Of a stretch of DNA of 64,000 nt, positions 50,147-60,989 are shown piece after piece. Numbering within the stretch: the first letter of the stretch is position 1; every line of letters begins with the position of its first letter. Both the position numbers and the translations under genes were made by a program. The notes under the pieces were generated by a model. That model was not told the origin of the DNA. It searched no databases and saw nothing but the letters and a program-made list of their open reading frames with translations. The stretch covers positions 3,779 to 67,778 of the forward strand of contig JBBDUV010000047.1 in assembly GCA_040903745.1 (NCBI GenBank), given 5' to 3'. Source of the DNA: Bacteroidales bacterium. GTDB taxonomy: Bacteria; Bacteroidota; Bacteroidia; Bacteroidales; GCA-2748055.

Positions 50147-51862
50147 ATGGGGAATAAAAAGAACATATTCAGGGAGGATATTTTCAGGTACATCACGCTG
50201 ATTGTGGTGCTGCTGATTGTTGCGTTGGTGTCGTCGAAGAATTTCTTCCGGATCGATCTTACATCAGAGAAACGTTATACCCTGTCAGAATCGACGAAAA
50301 GTGTTTTGCGCAACCTCGATTCACCGGTATATTTCAGGATTTACCTGGAGGGAGATCTTCCTCCTGACTTTGTAAAATTCCAGGTATCGATCCGTGAATT
50401 ACTGGAGGAGTTTCGGGCCTATGGGCGTGAGAATATCCAATACGACTTTATTAATATATATGATGAGAAGGATGAAGCGGTGCGCAACCGGACGATGATG
50501 AACCTGTATAACAAGGGGCTCAGGGTTACCAATATCAAGATGAAGGATGCTGAGGGAGGAACAAGCGATAAGATAATTTTTCCCGGTGCGGTACTGAATT
50601 ACCGCGGGTTTGAATTTCCAGTGAACCTGCTGAAGAATAATCCTTCGCTTCCCCATCAGGTGAATTTGAGCAACTCCATTCAGTCGCTGGAGTATGAATT
50701 CTCCAAGGCCCTGCACAGCTTGTCGAAAGAAGATGTTCCAAGGATTGCTTTTATTGAGGGCCACGGTGAGCTTGATTCGCTACAGACTTTTAGCATCATG
50801 AATGAACTAAAGAATTTCTTTCAGGTCGACCGTGGGGTGATCAACGGAAACATGGAGGCGCTGCTCGATTATGAGGCCATTGTCATTGCACAGCCGATGC
50901 GTCCCTTTGACGAGGCGGATAAGTTCGCAATCGACCAGTATATGATGCGCGGCGGCAAGGTGTTTTGGTTTATTGATCCTGTGATTACACTACCCGACAG
51001 CCTGGCAAGTGGGATGACCATCTCTCTGGTGAATCAGCTCAACATTGAGGATTTGCTTTTTAAATATGGTATACGGATCGATTACAATATTGTAACAGAT
51101 TTGCAATGCAACTATGTTCCTGTTAATATTTCAGTTAATGCCACTTCTGAAGATACCGAGATGCGTCCCTGGGTTTACAGTCCACTTCTCTCGGCACCTT
51201 CAACCCATCCGGTAACCCGTGGACTAAACTATATACATGGTCAGTTTATCTCAGCCTTCGACACCATACCTTTGAATAGGGGAGATGTGGCCCGGACCGT
51301 ATTGCTCTCCACTTCCGAACGTTCCCAGAGCAGAAGGGTTCCCCTCCGGATCACGATGGATGAGGTCTCGAGAGATCCGGACCCGCGGATGTTTACTGAG
51401 AGCAACCTCCCGGTGGCCGTTCTGTCTGAAGGAGTTTTCCCCTCCTTCTACAGTAATTACTCGGTACCCAGGGGGGTCTACCCGCCCGATGCTGAGATCA
51501 TCAGTGAGAGTGAACCAACATCGATGCTGGTGGTGACTGATGGCGATATGATCCGCAATGAAGTAAGGGTTGAGGGCGGGAGGTATATGGCTGAAAAGCT
51601 CGGTTATGATAAATATACCTCCCAGACTTTTGGTAATTTGGAATTTATTTTGAACGCCGTGAATTACATGACCGATGAGACAGGTTTGATGGAGCTGCGC
51701 TCAAGGGAGTTTAAGCTGCGGCTGCTCGACAGGTCCGTGACCAAAGATAAGAAGGCGGTTATGAAGTGGAAGATCATCAACAGCTTCGTTCCGGTGCTGA
51801 TTATTGTTCTGTTCGGGATACTCTTTAATCTATATCGGAAAAGAAAATTTGCCGGAAGATGA
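50147..51862 (+). CDS. gldG: Gliding motility-associated ABC auxiliary component GldG
   Basis: RIDLTSEKRYTLS, LEYEF, GHGEL, DQYMMRGG, NAVNYM..L..LRS. Confidence 0.92.
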   Translation: MGNKKNIFREDIFRYITLIVVLLIVALVSSKNFFRIDLTSEKRYTLSESTKSVLRNLDSPVYFRIYLEGDLPPDFVKFQVSIRELLEEFRAYGRENIQYDFINIYDEKDEAVRNRTMMNLYNKGLRVTNIKMKDAEGGTSDKIIFPGAVLNYRGFEFPVNLLKNNPSLPHQVNLSNSIQSLEYEFSKALHSLSKEDVPRIAFIEGHGELDSLQTFSIMNELKNFFQVDRGVINGNMEALLDYEAIVIAQPMRPFDEADKFAIDQYMMRGGKVFWFIDPVITLPDSLASGMTISLVNQLNIEDLLFKYGIRIDYNIVTDLQCNYVPVNISVNATSEDTEMRPWVYSPLLSAPSTHPVTRGLNYIHGQFISAFDTIPLNRGDVARTVLLSTSERSQSRRVPLRITMDEVSRDPDPRMFTESNLPVAVLSEGVFPSFYSNYSVPRGVYPPDAEIISESEPTSMLVVTDGDMIRNEVRVEGGRYMAEKLGYDKYTSQTFGNLEFILNAVNYMTDETGLMELRSREFKLRLLDRSVTKDKKAVMKWKIINSFVPVLIIVLFGILFNLYRKRKFAGR

Positions 51863-52797
51863 GACAGCGGACCACCATCTTAATCATCATTTTATTGCTG
51901 GCAGTCGCCGGGGGGTACCTGTTGCTTACAGATCCATGGACGACAACAGGCAGGGAATTGAATAATATGTTGCTCCCAAAAGGTGCAGATGTAAGTAGTA
52001 TTGTGGTGATCAGTGGATATGACACCATTCGGTTTGTGCAGAAAGACTCAGTCTGGTACCTGGAGGGGGAGGTGCTGAATAGTAAGGCTGTAGAAAACCT
52101 GCTGTATGCTGCAGCCCGGTTGCAGATGACTGGTGTAATACCCGTTTCTGCGATAATTGAAGGGGGTGAGCTGACGGAATTTATTTTTCAGGGAAAAAGG
52201 AAGATGTTGGCCAATTTTTATTTTGGAACAACCGGTCAGGGAGATGCGGTATTTCAACCGGGAGCCGAAACCGGATATGGTGTGGAGCTGCCGGGTTTTG
52301 AGGATCTTCCCCTGGAGAAGGTCTTTTCTTCAAACAGGGACCATTATAGAAAGCACCTACTGGTGAGTCTGCTCCCTTCCGAGGTAAGGTCGGTTACGGT
52401 TATACCACGTAGCGGAACATCTTTTCTTGCAGTGCAGGATTCGTTGTATGATTTGGAGGTGGTTGATCTGTCCGGGATGCGAAATGTAACGGATCATGTT
52501 GATGAGCGTAAGGTACGGATGCTGTTCTCCTACTTCAACGCGATCCGCTATGATAAAGTAGTAACGGACGAGGATGTTGAGCCGGGAACCATCCCTGAGA
52601 AGCCTTATGCGACTGTTGAGGTTGCCTCTTTTGATGACAGGAAGTGGAAATTTGAGGTCTATCAGTGGATCAAAACAGGCAGTGAAGAACCGGATATATT
52701 TGAGTCGCTTGTGATCGTTAATAACAGCCTGCCTTACCGTTCTGTGAACTACTATTATCTTGATCTGCTGATGCGCGGAATGGAGAGTTATTATTAG
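51859..52797 (+). CDS. DUF4340-like membrane-anchored protein
   Basis: N-terminal TM helix, coupled to gldG by an ATGA overlap; call rests mainly on context. Confidence 0.6.
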   Translation: MRQRTTILIIILLLAVAGGYLLLTDPWTTTGRELNNMLLPKGADVSSIVVISGYDTIRFVQKDSVWYLEGEVLNSKAVENLLYAAARLQMTGVIPVSAIIEGGELTEFIFQGKRKMLANFYFGTTGQGDAVFQPGAETGYGVELPGFEDLPLEKVFSSNRDHYRKHLLVSLLPSEVRSVTVIPRSGTSFLAVQDSLYDLEVVDLSGMRNVTDHVDERKVRMLFSYFNAIRYDKVVTDEDVEPGTIPEKPYATVEVASFDDRKWKFEVYQWIKTGSEEPDIFESLVIVNNSLPYRSVNYYYLDLLMRGMESYY

Positions 52798-52914
52798 TTG
52801 GTTGTTTTATAGCGTAGAACACAGTCTTTTTCAACTTTTTTTTGTATAATTGGTAGTCCAAAATAATTGATAAAGCGCATTACTATTTAACAGCTCATAA
52901 AAACCAGATATTCT

Positions 52915-54045
52915 ATGAAATTTGTCGTATCCAGTATGGAACTGTTGAGCCACCTGCAGGCGGTCAGCCGGGTTATAAGCAACAAAAACACCCTTCCGAT
53001 CCTTGATAATTTCCTGTTTTCTCTTGATGCAGGTATCCTGGAGATCACTGCCTCCGATCTAGAATCAACGCTGATCACCTCCATGAAATTGGAAAATGCT
53101 GATGGATCGGGTGAGATCGCCATACCGGCGAAGATACTTACCGATACCTTGAAGGAGTTCTCGGAGATTCCCTTGACATTTGAAATCGATACCACCTCCA
53201 TGATGGTTGTGATCCAGTCGGAAAGTGGAAAATTTACAGTCATGGGACAGAATGCATCCGAATTTCCCCAGGTTCCGCAGATCAAGGATGATCAGAAGCA
53301 GGAGATGGAAATTGATGCAGAGATTCTGTTGTCAGGGATCAATAAAACGATATTTGCAACAGCCGAGGATGAGATGAGACCAGTTATGAACGGAATCTAT
53401 ATGGAGCTGTCGACGGATGATACCACCTTTGTCGCGTCAGATGCCCATAAGCTGGTCCGTTACAAACGAACGGATGTAACCGCGGAGACCAATGCCTCAT
53501 TTATCCTTCCGAAGAAGCCCGCCGGATTGCTGAAAAACATTCTACCCAGGGAGCAAAATATGGTGAAGCTGGAGTTCGACGAGCGGAACGCTGCTTTCAC
53601 GCTGACTAATTACAAGATGGTGTGCAGGCTGGCTGAAGGTAATTATCCCAGCTACAACAGTGTGATCCCAACCGGTAATCCTTTTAAGATGATCATTGAC
53701 AGGGTAGAGTTTTATAATGCATTGCGCCGGGTATCTGTCTTCTCGAACCAGGCAAGCAACCTGGTAAAACTGGCATTGACGGGCAATCAGCTTACAGTTT
53801 CGGCGCAGGATATTGATTTTTCCATCTCGGGTACTGAACGGTTGAATTGTCAGTATGAAGGTGATGATATGGAGATCGGGTTTAAGTCTGTCTTCCTGAT
53901 TGAGATTCTTGCAAATCTGTCTACAGCCGATGTTGTGGTTGAAATGTCGGATCCCACACGCGCAGGCATTCTTCTTCCTGCTACATCAGAGAATGAGAGC
54001 GAAGACATCCTGATGCTGCTGATGCCGATGATGATCAATGCTTAG
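52915..54045 (+). CDS. dnaN: DNA polymerase III beta sliding clamp
   Basis: LPILDNFL, ASDLE, RPVMNG, ASDAHKL, GNYPSY, LLMPM. Confidence 0.97.
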   Translation: MKFVVSSMELLSHLQAVSRVISNKNTLPILDNFLFSLDAGILEITASDLESTLITSMKLENADGSGEIAIPAKILTDTLKEFSEIPLTFEIDTTSMMVVIQSESGKFTVMGQNASEFPQVPQIKDDQKQEMEIDAEILLSGINKTIFATAEDEMRPVMNGIYMELSTDDTTFVASDAHKLVRYKRTDVTAETNASFILPKKPAGLLKNILPREQNMVKLEFDERNAAFTLTNYKMVCRLAEGNYPSYNSVIPTGNPFKMIIDRVEFYNALRRVSVFSNQASNLVKLALTGNQLTVSAQDIDFSISGTERLNCQYEGDDMEIGFKSVFLIEILANLSTADVVVEMSDPTRAGILLPATSENESEDILMLLMPMMINA

Positions 54046-54161
54046 GTTAAAGAATTGCCGGAGATCCGGGATTCACAGGTAATAAAGGCTCGTCGAATGG
54101 GTGCCCTGCAGGCTGACTATTTTCTGATTGTTGATTACCTTCAGGCTACAATACATATAGA

Positions 54162-54932
54162 ATGAAACTAAACCTTAAGAACCCGATCATTTTTTTTGAT
54201 CTTGAAACCACCGGTATCAATATTGCCAGTGACCGTATTGTCGAACTCTCCTATCTCCGGATTGATTTGAACGGCAACGAATTATCCAGAACAATTAAAA
54301 TCAACCCGGGCATTCCCATACCGGCAAAGTCTACAGAGATTCACGGCATCACCGATGAGGATGTGAAGGATGCACAAACCTTCAATGAGATTGCCAAAAC
54401 GGTAGCAAAAGAGTTTGAGGGGTGTGACCTTGCAGGCTACAACGCTGTCAGGTTCGATATTCCCTTGCTGGCAGAGGAATTTTTGCGGGCAGGTGTGGAC
54501 ATTGATCTGAAGAAGAGGAAGTTTGTTGATGTGCAGGTGATCTTTATGAAGATGGAACCACGCACACTGGCCGCTGCACTGAATTTTTACTGCAACAAGA
54601 ATCTCGAAAACGCTCACAGTGCTGAAGCCGATACCCGTGCCACTTACGAGATTCTACAGGCGCAGCTTGATCACTACAGCAATCTTGAAAACGATATTGC
54701 AAAGCTGTCAGAATTTTCTGCCTATAACAGGAATGCTGATTTTGCAGGAAGGATTATCTATGATGAGAATGATGCGGAGGTATTTAATTTCGGGAAATAC
54801 AAGGGAAAACTCGTGGCTGAAGTGCTGGATAAGGATCCGGGTTACTATGGATGGATGATGCAGGGTGATTTCCCACTGTACACCAAAAAGGTACTCACAT
54901 CGATCAAACTGAGGACACTGAACAACTCATAA
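54162..54932 (+). CDS. DEDDh 3'-5' exonuclease (DNA polymerase III epsilon-like)
   Basis: FFDLETTG, GYNAVRFD, AHSAEAD, FGKYKG. Confidence 0.92.
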   Translation: MKLNLKNPIIFFDLETTGINIASDRIVELSYLRIDLNGNELSRTIKINPGIPIPAKSTEIHGITDEDVKDAQTFNEIAKTVAKEFEGCDLAGYNAVRFDIPLLAEEFLRAGVDIDLKKRKFVDVQVIFMKMEPRTLAAALNFYCNKNLENAHSAEADTRATYEILQAQLDHYSNLENDIAKLSEFSAYNRNADFAGRIIYDENDAEVFNFGKYKGKLVAEVLDKDPGYYGWMMQGDFPLYTKKVLTSIKLRTLNNS

Positions 54933-54943
54933 TACCAGGTAGA

Positions 54944-55555
54944 ATGAAAATTATTTGCATAGGCAGGAATTATCTCGATCACGCCAAAGAGTTGAACAAT
55001 GATTTGCCCGAGAAGCCGGTGTTTTTTCTGAAGCCCGATTCCGCGCTGGTATTGCGAAATAAGCCGTTTTTTTATCCGGATTTTTCAAAGAATGTGCACC
55101 ACGAACTGGAGCTGGTAATAAAGATCCAGCGTCTGGGCAGGAGCATACCCGAGAAGTTTGCCAGCCGCTACTACAGCGAAATTGGACTTGGCGTGGATTT
55201 TACTGCACGCGATTTGCAGAATGAAATGAAAGACAAAGGGCTGCCCTGGGAGATCGCCAAGGGGTTCGACTATTCTGCCCCGGTGAGTGAGTTTATTCCT
55301 CTTTCAGAGCTGGGCGATCCGGATAATATTGGCTTTCATCTTGAGCTAAACGGAAAGAAGGTGCAGCAAGGCAGTAGCAGGGAGATGGTCTTCAGTTTCG
55401 ATCGGATCATTGCGTATGTCTCCCGGTTCATGATCCTCAAAACGGGTGATTTGATCTTTACCGGCACACCGGCAGGTGTTGGTCCGGTTCACATCGGCGA
55501 TCACCTCGTCTGTTATTTGGGGGATAGAAAGATGATGGATTTCTTTGTTAAATAA
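54944..55555 (+). CDS. Fumarylacetoacetate hydrolase family protein
   Basis: KIICIGRNY, HHELEL, DFTARDLQ, GDLIFTGTPAGVG. Confidence 0.93.
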   Translation: MKIICIGRNYLDHAKELNNDLPEKPVFFLKPDSALVLRNKPFFYPDFSKNVHHELELVIKIQRLGRSIPEKFASRYYSEIGLGVDFTARDLQNEMKDKGLPWEIAKGFDYSAPVSEFIPLSELGDPDNIGFHLELNGKKVQQGSSREMVFSFDRIIAYVSRFMILKTGDLIFTGTPAGVGPVHIGDHLVCYLGDRKMMDFFVK

Positions 55556-55559
55556 TCAT

Positions 55560-56264
55560 ATGGCATTTACAAAGATTAAAAGGATAAATTTTGTGAATGT
55601 TTCCGGCTTTTTGGTTTATAATACTGATGCCGTTATCCTTGTGGATACGGGACTTTCCAAGACAACAGGAAAGTTTACTGAGGCGATCGGTGAATTGCAA
55701 AGGAGTCCGGAGGATATTAGCTTGATTGTTCTTACCCACACCCATTTCGATCATGCCGGAGGAGCAAGTAGGATCAAGGAACTCACAAAGGCACCATTAG
55801 TAGTTCATCATTCGGAAGCCACCTTTCTCCGCAAGGGCAGAACACCGGTTCCGGATGGAACCAGGTGGAAGGGAAAGGTGCTTGCAGCCCTTAGTAAAAC
55901 ACTTGGAAGGCGGCTGACCCGTTACCCGGCGGTTGAGCCCGATCTGCTGGTGGATGAAGAGCTCAGCCTGGCTGATTACGGAATTCCAGGCAGGGTGGTG
56001 CATACACCTGGTCATACTGCAGGCTCTCTTTCCGTGTTGCTTGAATCGGGCGAGGCGATTGTGGGTGACAATGTACTGGGTATATCATCTAAAAACCATT
56101 ATCCGCCTTTTGCGAATGACAGGGAAGGGGTGTTGAAGAGCTGGGAAACCTATATCAATAGCGGTGTGAACACCTTGTTGCCTGCCCATGGTGGACGGGT
56201 AAAGATTGAGACATTGATCAGGGAACTGCCGGCGGTTCGGAAAAGGTACGGTATCCAATTCTAG
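55560..56264 (+). CDS. MBL-fold metallo-hydrolase
   Basis: THTHFDHAGG, HTPGHTAGS, GD, PAHG. Confidence 0.9.
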   Translation: MAFTKIKRINFVNVSGFLVYNTDAVILVDTGLSKTTGKFTEAIGELQRSPEDISLIVLTHTHFDHAGGASRIKELTKAPLVVHHSEATFLRKGRTPVPDGTRWKGKVLAALSKTLGRRLTRYPAVEPDLLVDEELSLADYGIPGRVVHTPGHTAGSLSVLLESGEAIVGDNVLGISSKNHYPPFANDREGVLKSWETYINSGVNTLLPAHGGRVKIETLIRELPAVRKRYGIQF

Positions 56265-56433
56265 AATATACCTGTTACCAGGCAGTCATACCACCATCGA
56301 CCAGAATAATAGCCCCGGTGTTAAAGCTGCTCTTTTCAAAAATTTCACAACTTTTTTTGGCGATGTATGGTGGTTAGGTTTATATATTACCAATATTTAT
56401 TACTTTTATTCTAAATCAAAAAAAAATTGAGCT

Positions 56434-57129
56434 ATGAAGAAATATTTATCGGTGTTAGTTGTTTCGGTGCTGGCATTCACTTTTTCACCTGCTTCCGGAC
56501 AGGATTGTACGATCTACAGTGATTACAAAGAGGGAACCTCCACTAAGATGGTGCATTATGATAAAAAGGATAAGCCTACCGGATTTACGGTTACTACGGT
56601 AAAGGAGAAAAAGAGTATACCGGGCGGTACATCCCTGCTATTTCATCAGAAGTATGACAACAATGAAGATTATACTTTTGAGACCGAGTTTGAGGTAAAA
56701 TGTGTAGATGGAGATGTAAAGGTCGATATGAGCAAGCTGATTGATCCCACCATGATGACTGCTTATGAAGACATGGAGATTGATGTGGTGGCTGATGACA
56801 TGTCCATTCCGAAAAATGCATCTCCCGGGGACGCATTGAACGACGGGTCGGTTACTGTTACAGTAGATACCGGAACACCCATCAAGGTTTCGATTACGGT
56901 AACTTTATCCAACAGAATGGTTGAGAGCAAGGAGACCGTTGTTACCCCTGCCGGCTCTTTTGAGTGTCTGAAAATTACCTATGATATGCTTACGCAGGTG
57001 GGTTTTGTTAAAGTTCGGTCGAGTGCGGCTGAATACTACAACAAGAAGCACGGTGTGATCAGGTCCGAGTCTTTTAACAAGAAGGGGAAAATCACTGGGT
57101 ATTCAGTCATTGAGGAGATCAACAACTAG
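56434..57129 (+). CDS. Exported protein (TapB/DUF3108-like)
   Basis: Signal peptide, KETVVTPAGSFECLKITY, GVIRSE. Confidence 0.6.
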   Translation: MKKYLSVLVVSVLAFTFSPASGQDCTIYSDYKEGTSTKMVHYDKKDKPTGFTVTTVKEKKSIPGGTSLLFHQKYDNNEDYTFETEFEVKCVDGDVKVDMSKLIDPTMMTAYEDMEIDVVADDMSIPKNASPGDALNDGSVTVTVDTGTPIKVSITVTLSNRMVESKETVVTPAGSFECLKITYDMLTQVGFVKVRSSAAEYYNKKHGVIRSESFNKKGKITGYSVIEEINN

Positions 57130-57236
57130 CGTCTGTCCATAAAGCCACTCCGACGCTATTTCCAGAATTTAACCAGCTCCCGGGACAGGTTGCCATTGTA
57201 GCAGTAGACAGGGTGCCAGTGGCAGATTGTTCCATG

Positions 57237-58667
57237 CTATTCAACGATACTTAGTTTGACCATATTTGTTTTTCCTCTTTCGATGATTGGGATGCTTCCG
57301 ACGTGTACCACCATGTCGTTTTTTTTGACCAGGTTCTGACTCAGCAGGAAGTTTATTGAATAATCGACATAATCGTTAATGTTGTGGCAATCGGCAAAAT
57401 AGAAGGCGCGGACTCCCCAGACGAGCGACATTCTTCTAAGAAGCTTCGGATTCATTGTGAAGGTGAAGATGTTGGCCCTTGGCCTGTGCGAGCTGATGCG
57501 GTAGGGGGTATAGCCTGAATGCGTGAGGCAGATGATCGCAGCGGCTTCTGCCTGTTCTGCCATCTCCACCGCATTAAAACAGACAGAGTCCTGCAGGAAT
57601 GTGTAGTTATGTGTTTTTGGCGGGTTCTTCCTGAAGTACTGAAAACCCCTGAATTCTGTCGAGTCAATAATCCGCTGCATGTTTTTGATGGTCTCCACCG
57701 GATACTTTCCTACTGAGGTCTCTCCGCTGAGCATCACTGTATCTGCTCCGTCGAGCACTGCGTTGGCAACATCATTGGCCTCCGCGCGTGTGGGCGTGGC
57801 ATTGGTAATCATACTTTCCATCATCTGTGTGGCGATGATCACCGGCTTGGACATGGCCATACATTTTTCGACAATACTCTTCTGGATCAAAGGAACCTTG
57901 TCAAAGTCAACCTCCACCCCCAGGTCGCCCCGTGCCACCATCACGGCATCTGAAACCGCGATGATCTCATCGAGTTCTTCCAGGGCCTGTGGTTTCTCTA
58001 TCTTGGCAATGACCCCTGTGTCCTTATCCGATTCGGCGATGAGCTTTTTCAGATCGAGAATATCTTGAGCCTTTCTTACGAAAGATAGCGCGATCCAGTC
58101 GACATCCTTTTCGAGTGCAAATCTGGCATCTTTAATATCCTTCTCTGTAAGACTCGGTTTTGATATTTTCGTGCCGGGCAGGTTCACTCCCTTCTTCGAG
58201 GAGAGCGGTCCCCCGATAATAACCTCTGTTCTGACGGTTGTTATGTTATCCGTACCTGTGACTTTCAACTGCAGTTTTCCGTCGTCAATCAGGATAATAT
58301 CTCCTCTCTTCACATCTTGAGGAAGAAGCTCATAGCTGATGTATGCTTTTTTCCTGGTGCCAATACACGCTTCGGTAGTGAGTTCAAAATCCTGTCCCGC
58401 CTCAAGCAGAACCAAATCATTTTCCATGACGCCAACACGTAATTTTGGCCCCTGTAAATCGGCCAGCAGGGCAACATTGCAGTTCATCTCTTCATTAAGT
58501 TGCAGAACCTTTTTTATACGGGCAAGCTGCTCCTCGTGTCCGCCGTGGGAGAAGTTCAGGCGAATAACATCGATCCCTTCGTGAAACATCTTTTCAAGAA
58601 TTTTAATATCATCACTGGCCGGACCTACCGTGGCTATTATCTTTGCGTGTGATCGTTCGTGTCTCAT
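57237..58667 (-). CDS. pyk: Pyruvate kinase
   Basis: KIIATVGP, RLNFSHG, DLQGPK, AKIEK, MVARGDLG, MLSGET. Confidence 0.97.
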   Translation of the reverse strand: MRHERSHAKIIATVGPASDDIKILEKMFHEGIDVIRLNFSHGGHEEQLARIKKVLQLNEEMNCNVALLADLQGPKLRVGVMENDLVLLEAGQDFELTTEACIGTRKKAYISYELLPQDVKRGDIILIDDGKLQLKVTGTDNITTVRTEVIIGGPLSSKKGVNLPGTKISKPSLTEKDIKDARFALEKDVDWIALSFVRKAQDILDLKKLIAESDKDTGVIAKIEKPQALEELDEIIAVSDAVMVARGDLGVEVDFDKVPLIQKSIVEKCMAMSKPVIIATQMMESMITNATPTRAEANDVANAVLDGADTVMLSGETSVGKYPVETIKNMQRIIDSTEFRGFQYFRKNPPKTHNYTFLQDSVCFNAVEMAEQAEAAAIICLTHSGYTPYRISSHRPRANIFTFTMNPKLLRRMSLVWGVRAFYFADCHNINDYVDYSINFLLSQNLVKKNDMVVHVGSIPIIERGKTNMVKLSIVE

Positions 58668-58762
58668 CTTAGGGTGAATTAATTATTGAGTATTAATTTG
58701 ATGATCTGCTGTGCTGTTTTTTGTATTGTATACGGCGGTACTGACTGCATCTGCATTCATCA

Positions 58763-59602
58763 CTATAGCATGCTTTTAAGGAGTACAATTTCCTCTTTCC
58801 ATTTTGAATCGTCAGGTGTCTCCATGATCAATGGGATATTGTCGAATCGACCATCCGCCATGATCCTCCGGAAGATATCGAGCCCGAGATAACCCTCTCC
58901 CAGGCTGTCGTGCCGGTCGACCCGTGTACCCAGCTCTTTTTTAGAATCGTTCAGATGCATTCCTTTTAGGTAGTTGAAACCAACGATCGTGTCGAAATCG
59001 GCAAACACCTTGTTGAATCCTTCCTCACTTTTAATCTCGTAGCCTGCTGTGTAGGCATGACACGTGTCGATGCAAACGCCCACACGTTCTTTATCTTCTA
59101 CATGTTCAATGATAAAGGCCAGGTGTTCAAATCGGTATCCGAGGTTGGTCCCCTGTCCGGCAGTATTTTCTATAACAGCGGTTACACCCTGTGTTTTGTC
59201 GAGCGCGATATTAATGCTTTCGGCAACGATCTTCAGGCTCTCCTCTTCAGAGACGAGCTTCAGGTGGCTCCCCGGGTGGAAGTTCAGCCGGTCGATATGC
59301 AGTTGTTCACAACGTTGCATCTCGTCGAGGAAGGCGTCCCGGGATTTTTTAAGTGCCTCTTTTTCCGGATGACCGAGGTTGATCAGGTAGCTGTCGTGGG
59401 GCAGGATCTGTCCCGGTCCGAAACCATGTTTCCCGCAATTCTCAATAAATGCTGTGATGCTTGATTCTTCCAAAGGCTTGGGATACCATTGCCGCTGGTT
59501 CCTGGTAAACAGTCCGAATGCAGTAGCCCCGTAAGATATTGCGTTCAGGGGGGCGTTTTCCACTCCCCCGGCTGCGCTAACATGTGGTCCGATATATTTC
59601 AT
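58763..59602 (-). CDS. nfo: Endonuclease IV
   Basis: [33 protein letters not shown]. Confidence 0.96.
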   Translation of the reverse strand: MKYIGPHVSAAGGVENAPLNAISYGATAFGLFTRNQRQWYPKPLEESSITAFIENCGKHGFGPGQILPHDSYLINLGHPEKEALKKSRDAFLDEMQRCEQLHIDRLNFHPGSHLKLVSEEESLKIVAESINIALDKTQGVTAVIENTAGQGTNLGYRFEHLAFIIEHVEDKERVGVCIDTCHAYTAGYEIKSEEGFNKVFADFDTIVGFNYLKGMHLNDSKKELGTRVDRHDSLGEGYLGLDIFRRIMADGRFDNIPLIMETPDDSKWKEEIVLLKSML

Positions 59603-59690
59603 AAATAATAAATTATTTCTTCAGTGATAAGATGTTCATACTATCGTTGCTCAAAATATCGCGTAAAGATACACAGATATGTTTATATAG

Positions 59691-59720
59691 AAACAAAAAG
59701 GCCGGACAGTGCCGGCCTTT
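59691..59720 (-). terminator. Rho-independent terminator after the thioredoxin genes
   Basis: Minus strand AAAGGCCGG-N6-CCGGCCTTT followed by TTGTTT. Confidence 0.7.
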
Positions 59721-59778
59721 AACAATAAGATAATGATCCAACCATTTGACGCATTGGACAGATTCTAAATAATGTCTG

Positions 59779-60360
59779 CTAGAGAGCTTCGGGATTGCCT
59801 TTGCCAAGCAGGATCTCATCGATCATCTGTGAGAACATCTCTTTGGTCTCTTCAGGTGTCCGGGCGATGCCATTGCTCATGGTCGGTCGACCCTTCTGTG
59901 GCACAAAGAGAAAAGAGGGTAGGCTGCTGATGCCGAAAACGGCTGCCAGCTCTCGTTCAACCTCGGTATCGATTTTATAGATATAGATCTCATCGGCATA
60001 TTCCTTTGCTAATTCTTCAAGGATCGGTGCAGCTGTCCTGCATGGTCCACACCAGTCGGCATAGAAGTCGATCATAGCCGGACGGTCGCCCTTATAGACC
60101 CACTCCTCAGGATTGGATTCATAGTCCATCACCTTCTCCAGGAAATCGGCCTTTGTAAGCATAATGGTACCCTTTACCGAATCATTGCCACTTTTTTTCT
60201 CATTTGCTGAAGCTTTATTCTCTGCAGCTTTGTTCTCCGATACAGAGGCTCCCTGGTCCGAAGTGCTGTTTGCACTTTCGGCACTGCTGTTGCCACAGCC
60301 CGTTACTGCAAAGGAGCCAAGCATGAGAGCCAGTATATACTTTTTAATGTTGGTTTTCAT
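59779..60360 (-). CDS. Thioredoxin-domain lipoprotein
   Basis: Lipobox VTGC, low-complexity linker, DFYADWCGPC. Confidence 0.88.
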   Translation of the reverse strand: MKTNIKKYILALMLGSFAVTGCGNSSAESANSTSDQGASVSENKAAENKASANEKKSGNDSVKGTIMLTKADFLEKVMDYESNPEEWVYKGDRPAMIDFYADWCGPCRTAAPILEELAKEYADEIYIYKIDTEVERELAAVFGISSLPSFLFVPQKGRPTMSNGIARTPEETKEMFSQMIDEILLGKGNPEAL

Positions 60361-60424
60361 ATTATTTCTTTTTTAGATATGAGAATCATTTATTCAACGC
60401 TTTTCTGCCAGGGACCAGGGGATT

Positions 60425-60784
60425 TTAGTTGACACTTAAAACCTCCTTGATCGCCTGCTTGAAGGTCTCTTTTGGCAGAGCGCCCATGGCCATTTGTGGC
60501 TGACCTTCGGTTGGGATGAACAGCAGCGACGGAATGCTTTGTATACCGAATACAGAGCTTAACTCTTTCTGATCTTCGGTATTGACCTTGTAAATGGTCA
60601 GCTTGTCGCCGTACTCCTCCTGCAATTCCTCCAGAATCGGAGCAACAATCTTGCACGGTCCGCACCAGTCGGCATAAAAATCAATAATAGCGGGTTTGTC
60701 ACCCTCAAATTTCCAGTCTTTGCTGGCTTCGAAATCAAATACTTTTTCCTTGAAAGTATCTATTGTTAAATGTTCCAGATTCAT
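60425..60784 (-). CDS. trxA: Thioredoxin
   Basis: DFYADWCGPCK, IQSIP. Confidence 0.93.
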   Translation of the reverse strand: MNLEHLTIDTFKEKVFDFEASKDWKFEGDKPAIIDFYADWCGPCKIVAPILEELQEEYGDKLTIYKVNTEDQKELSSVFGIQSIPSLLFIPTEGQPQMAMGALPKETFKQAIKEVLSVN

Positions 60785-60933
60785 AATTTTTATTATTTTA
60801 ATGATTAATTACTTTATTGACAAACTCTTTAGAACTTTAGTGGGCTCTTACTCCCGGTTCTTTTCAAGCATAAAAAATTTTACATTCTTATTTGTTACTG
60901 TTTAGTCGTTTGTTTCTACTTAAACTGACTCTG

Positions 60934-60978
60934 CAAAAGTATAGAGAATAAAACTTCTGGTATGTAACAAATGTCACA
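60934..60978 (-). promoter_or_regulatory. trx promoter with a Crp/Fnr-type box
   Basis: -7 element TACTTTTG (minus strand, 60934-60941) and TGTAAC-AAAT-GTCACA (60963-60978). Confidence 0.55.
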
Positions 60979-60989
60979 CTCCAAACAAC

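Noticed and set aside
49412-52797. gldF/gldG as proof of gliding motility
   Set aside because: gldFG next to dnaN is conserved in Bacteroidota and is not sufficient; the motor genes gldKLMN are not in this window
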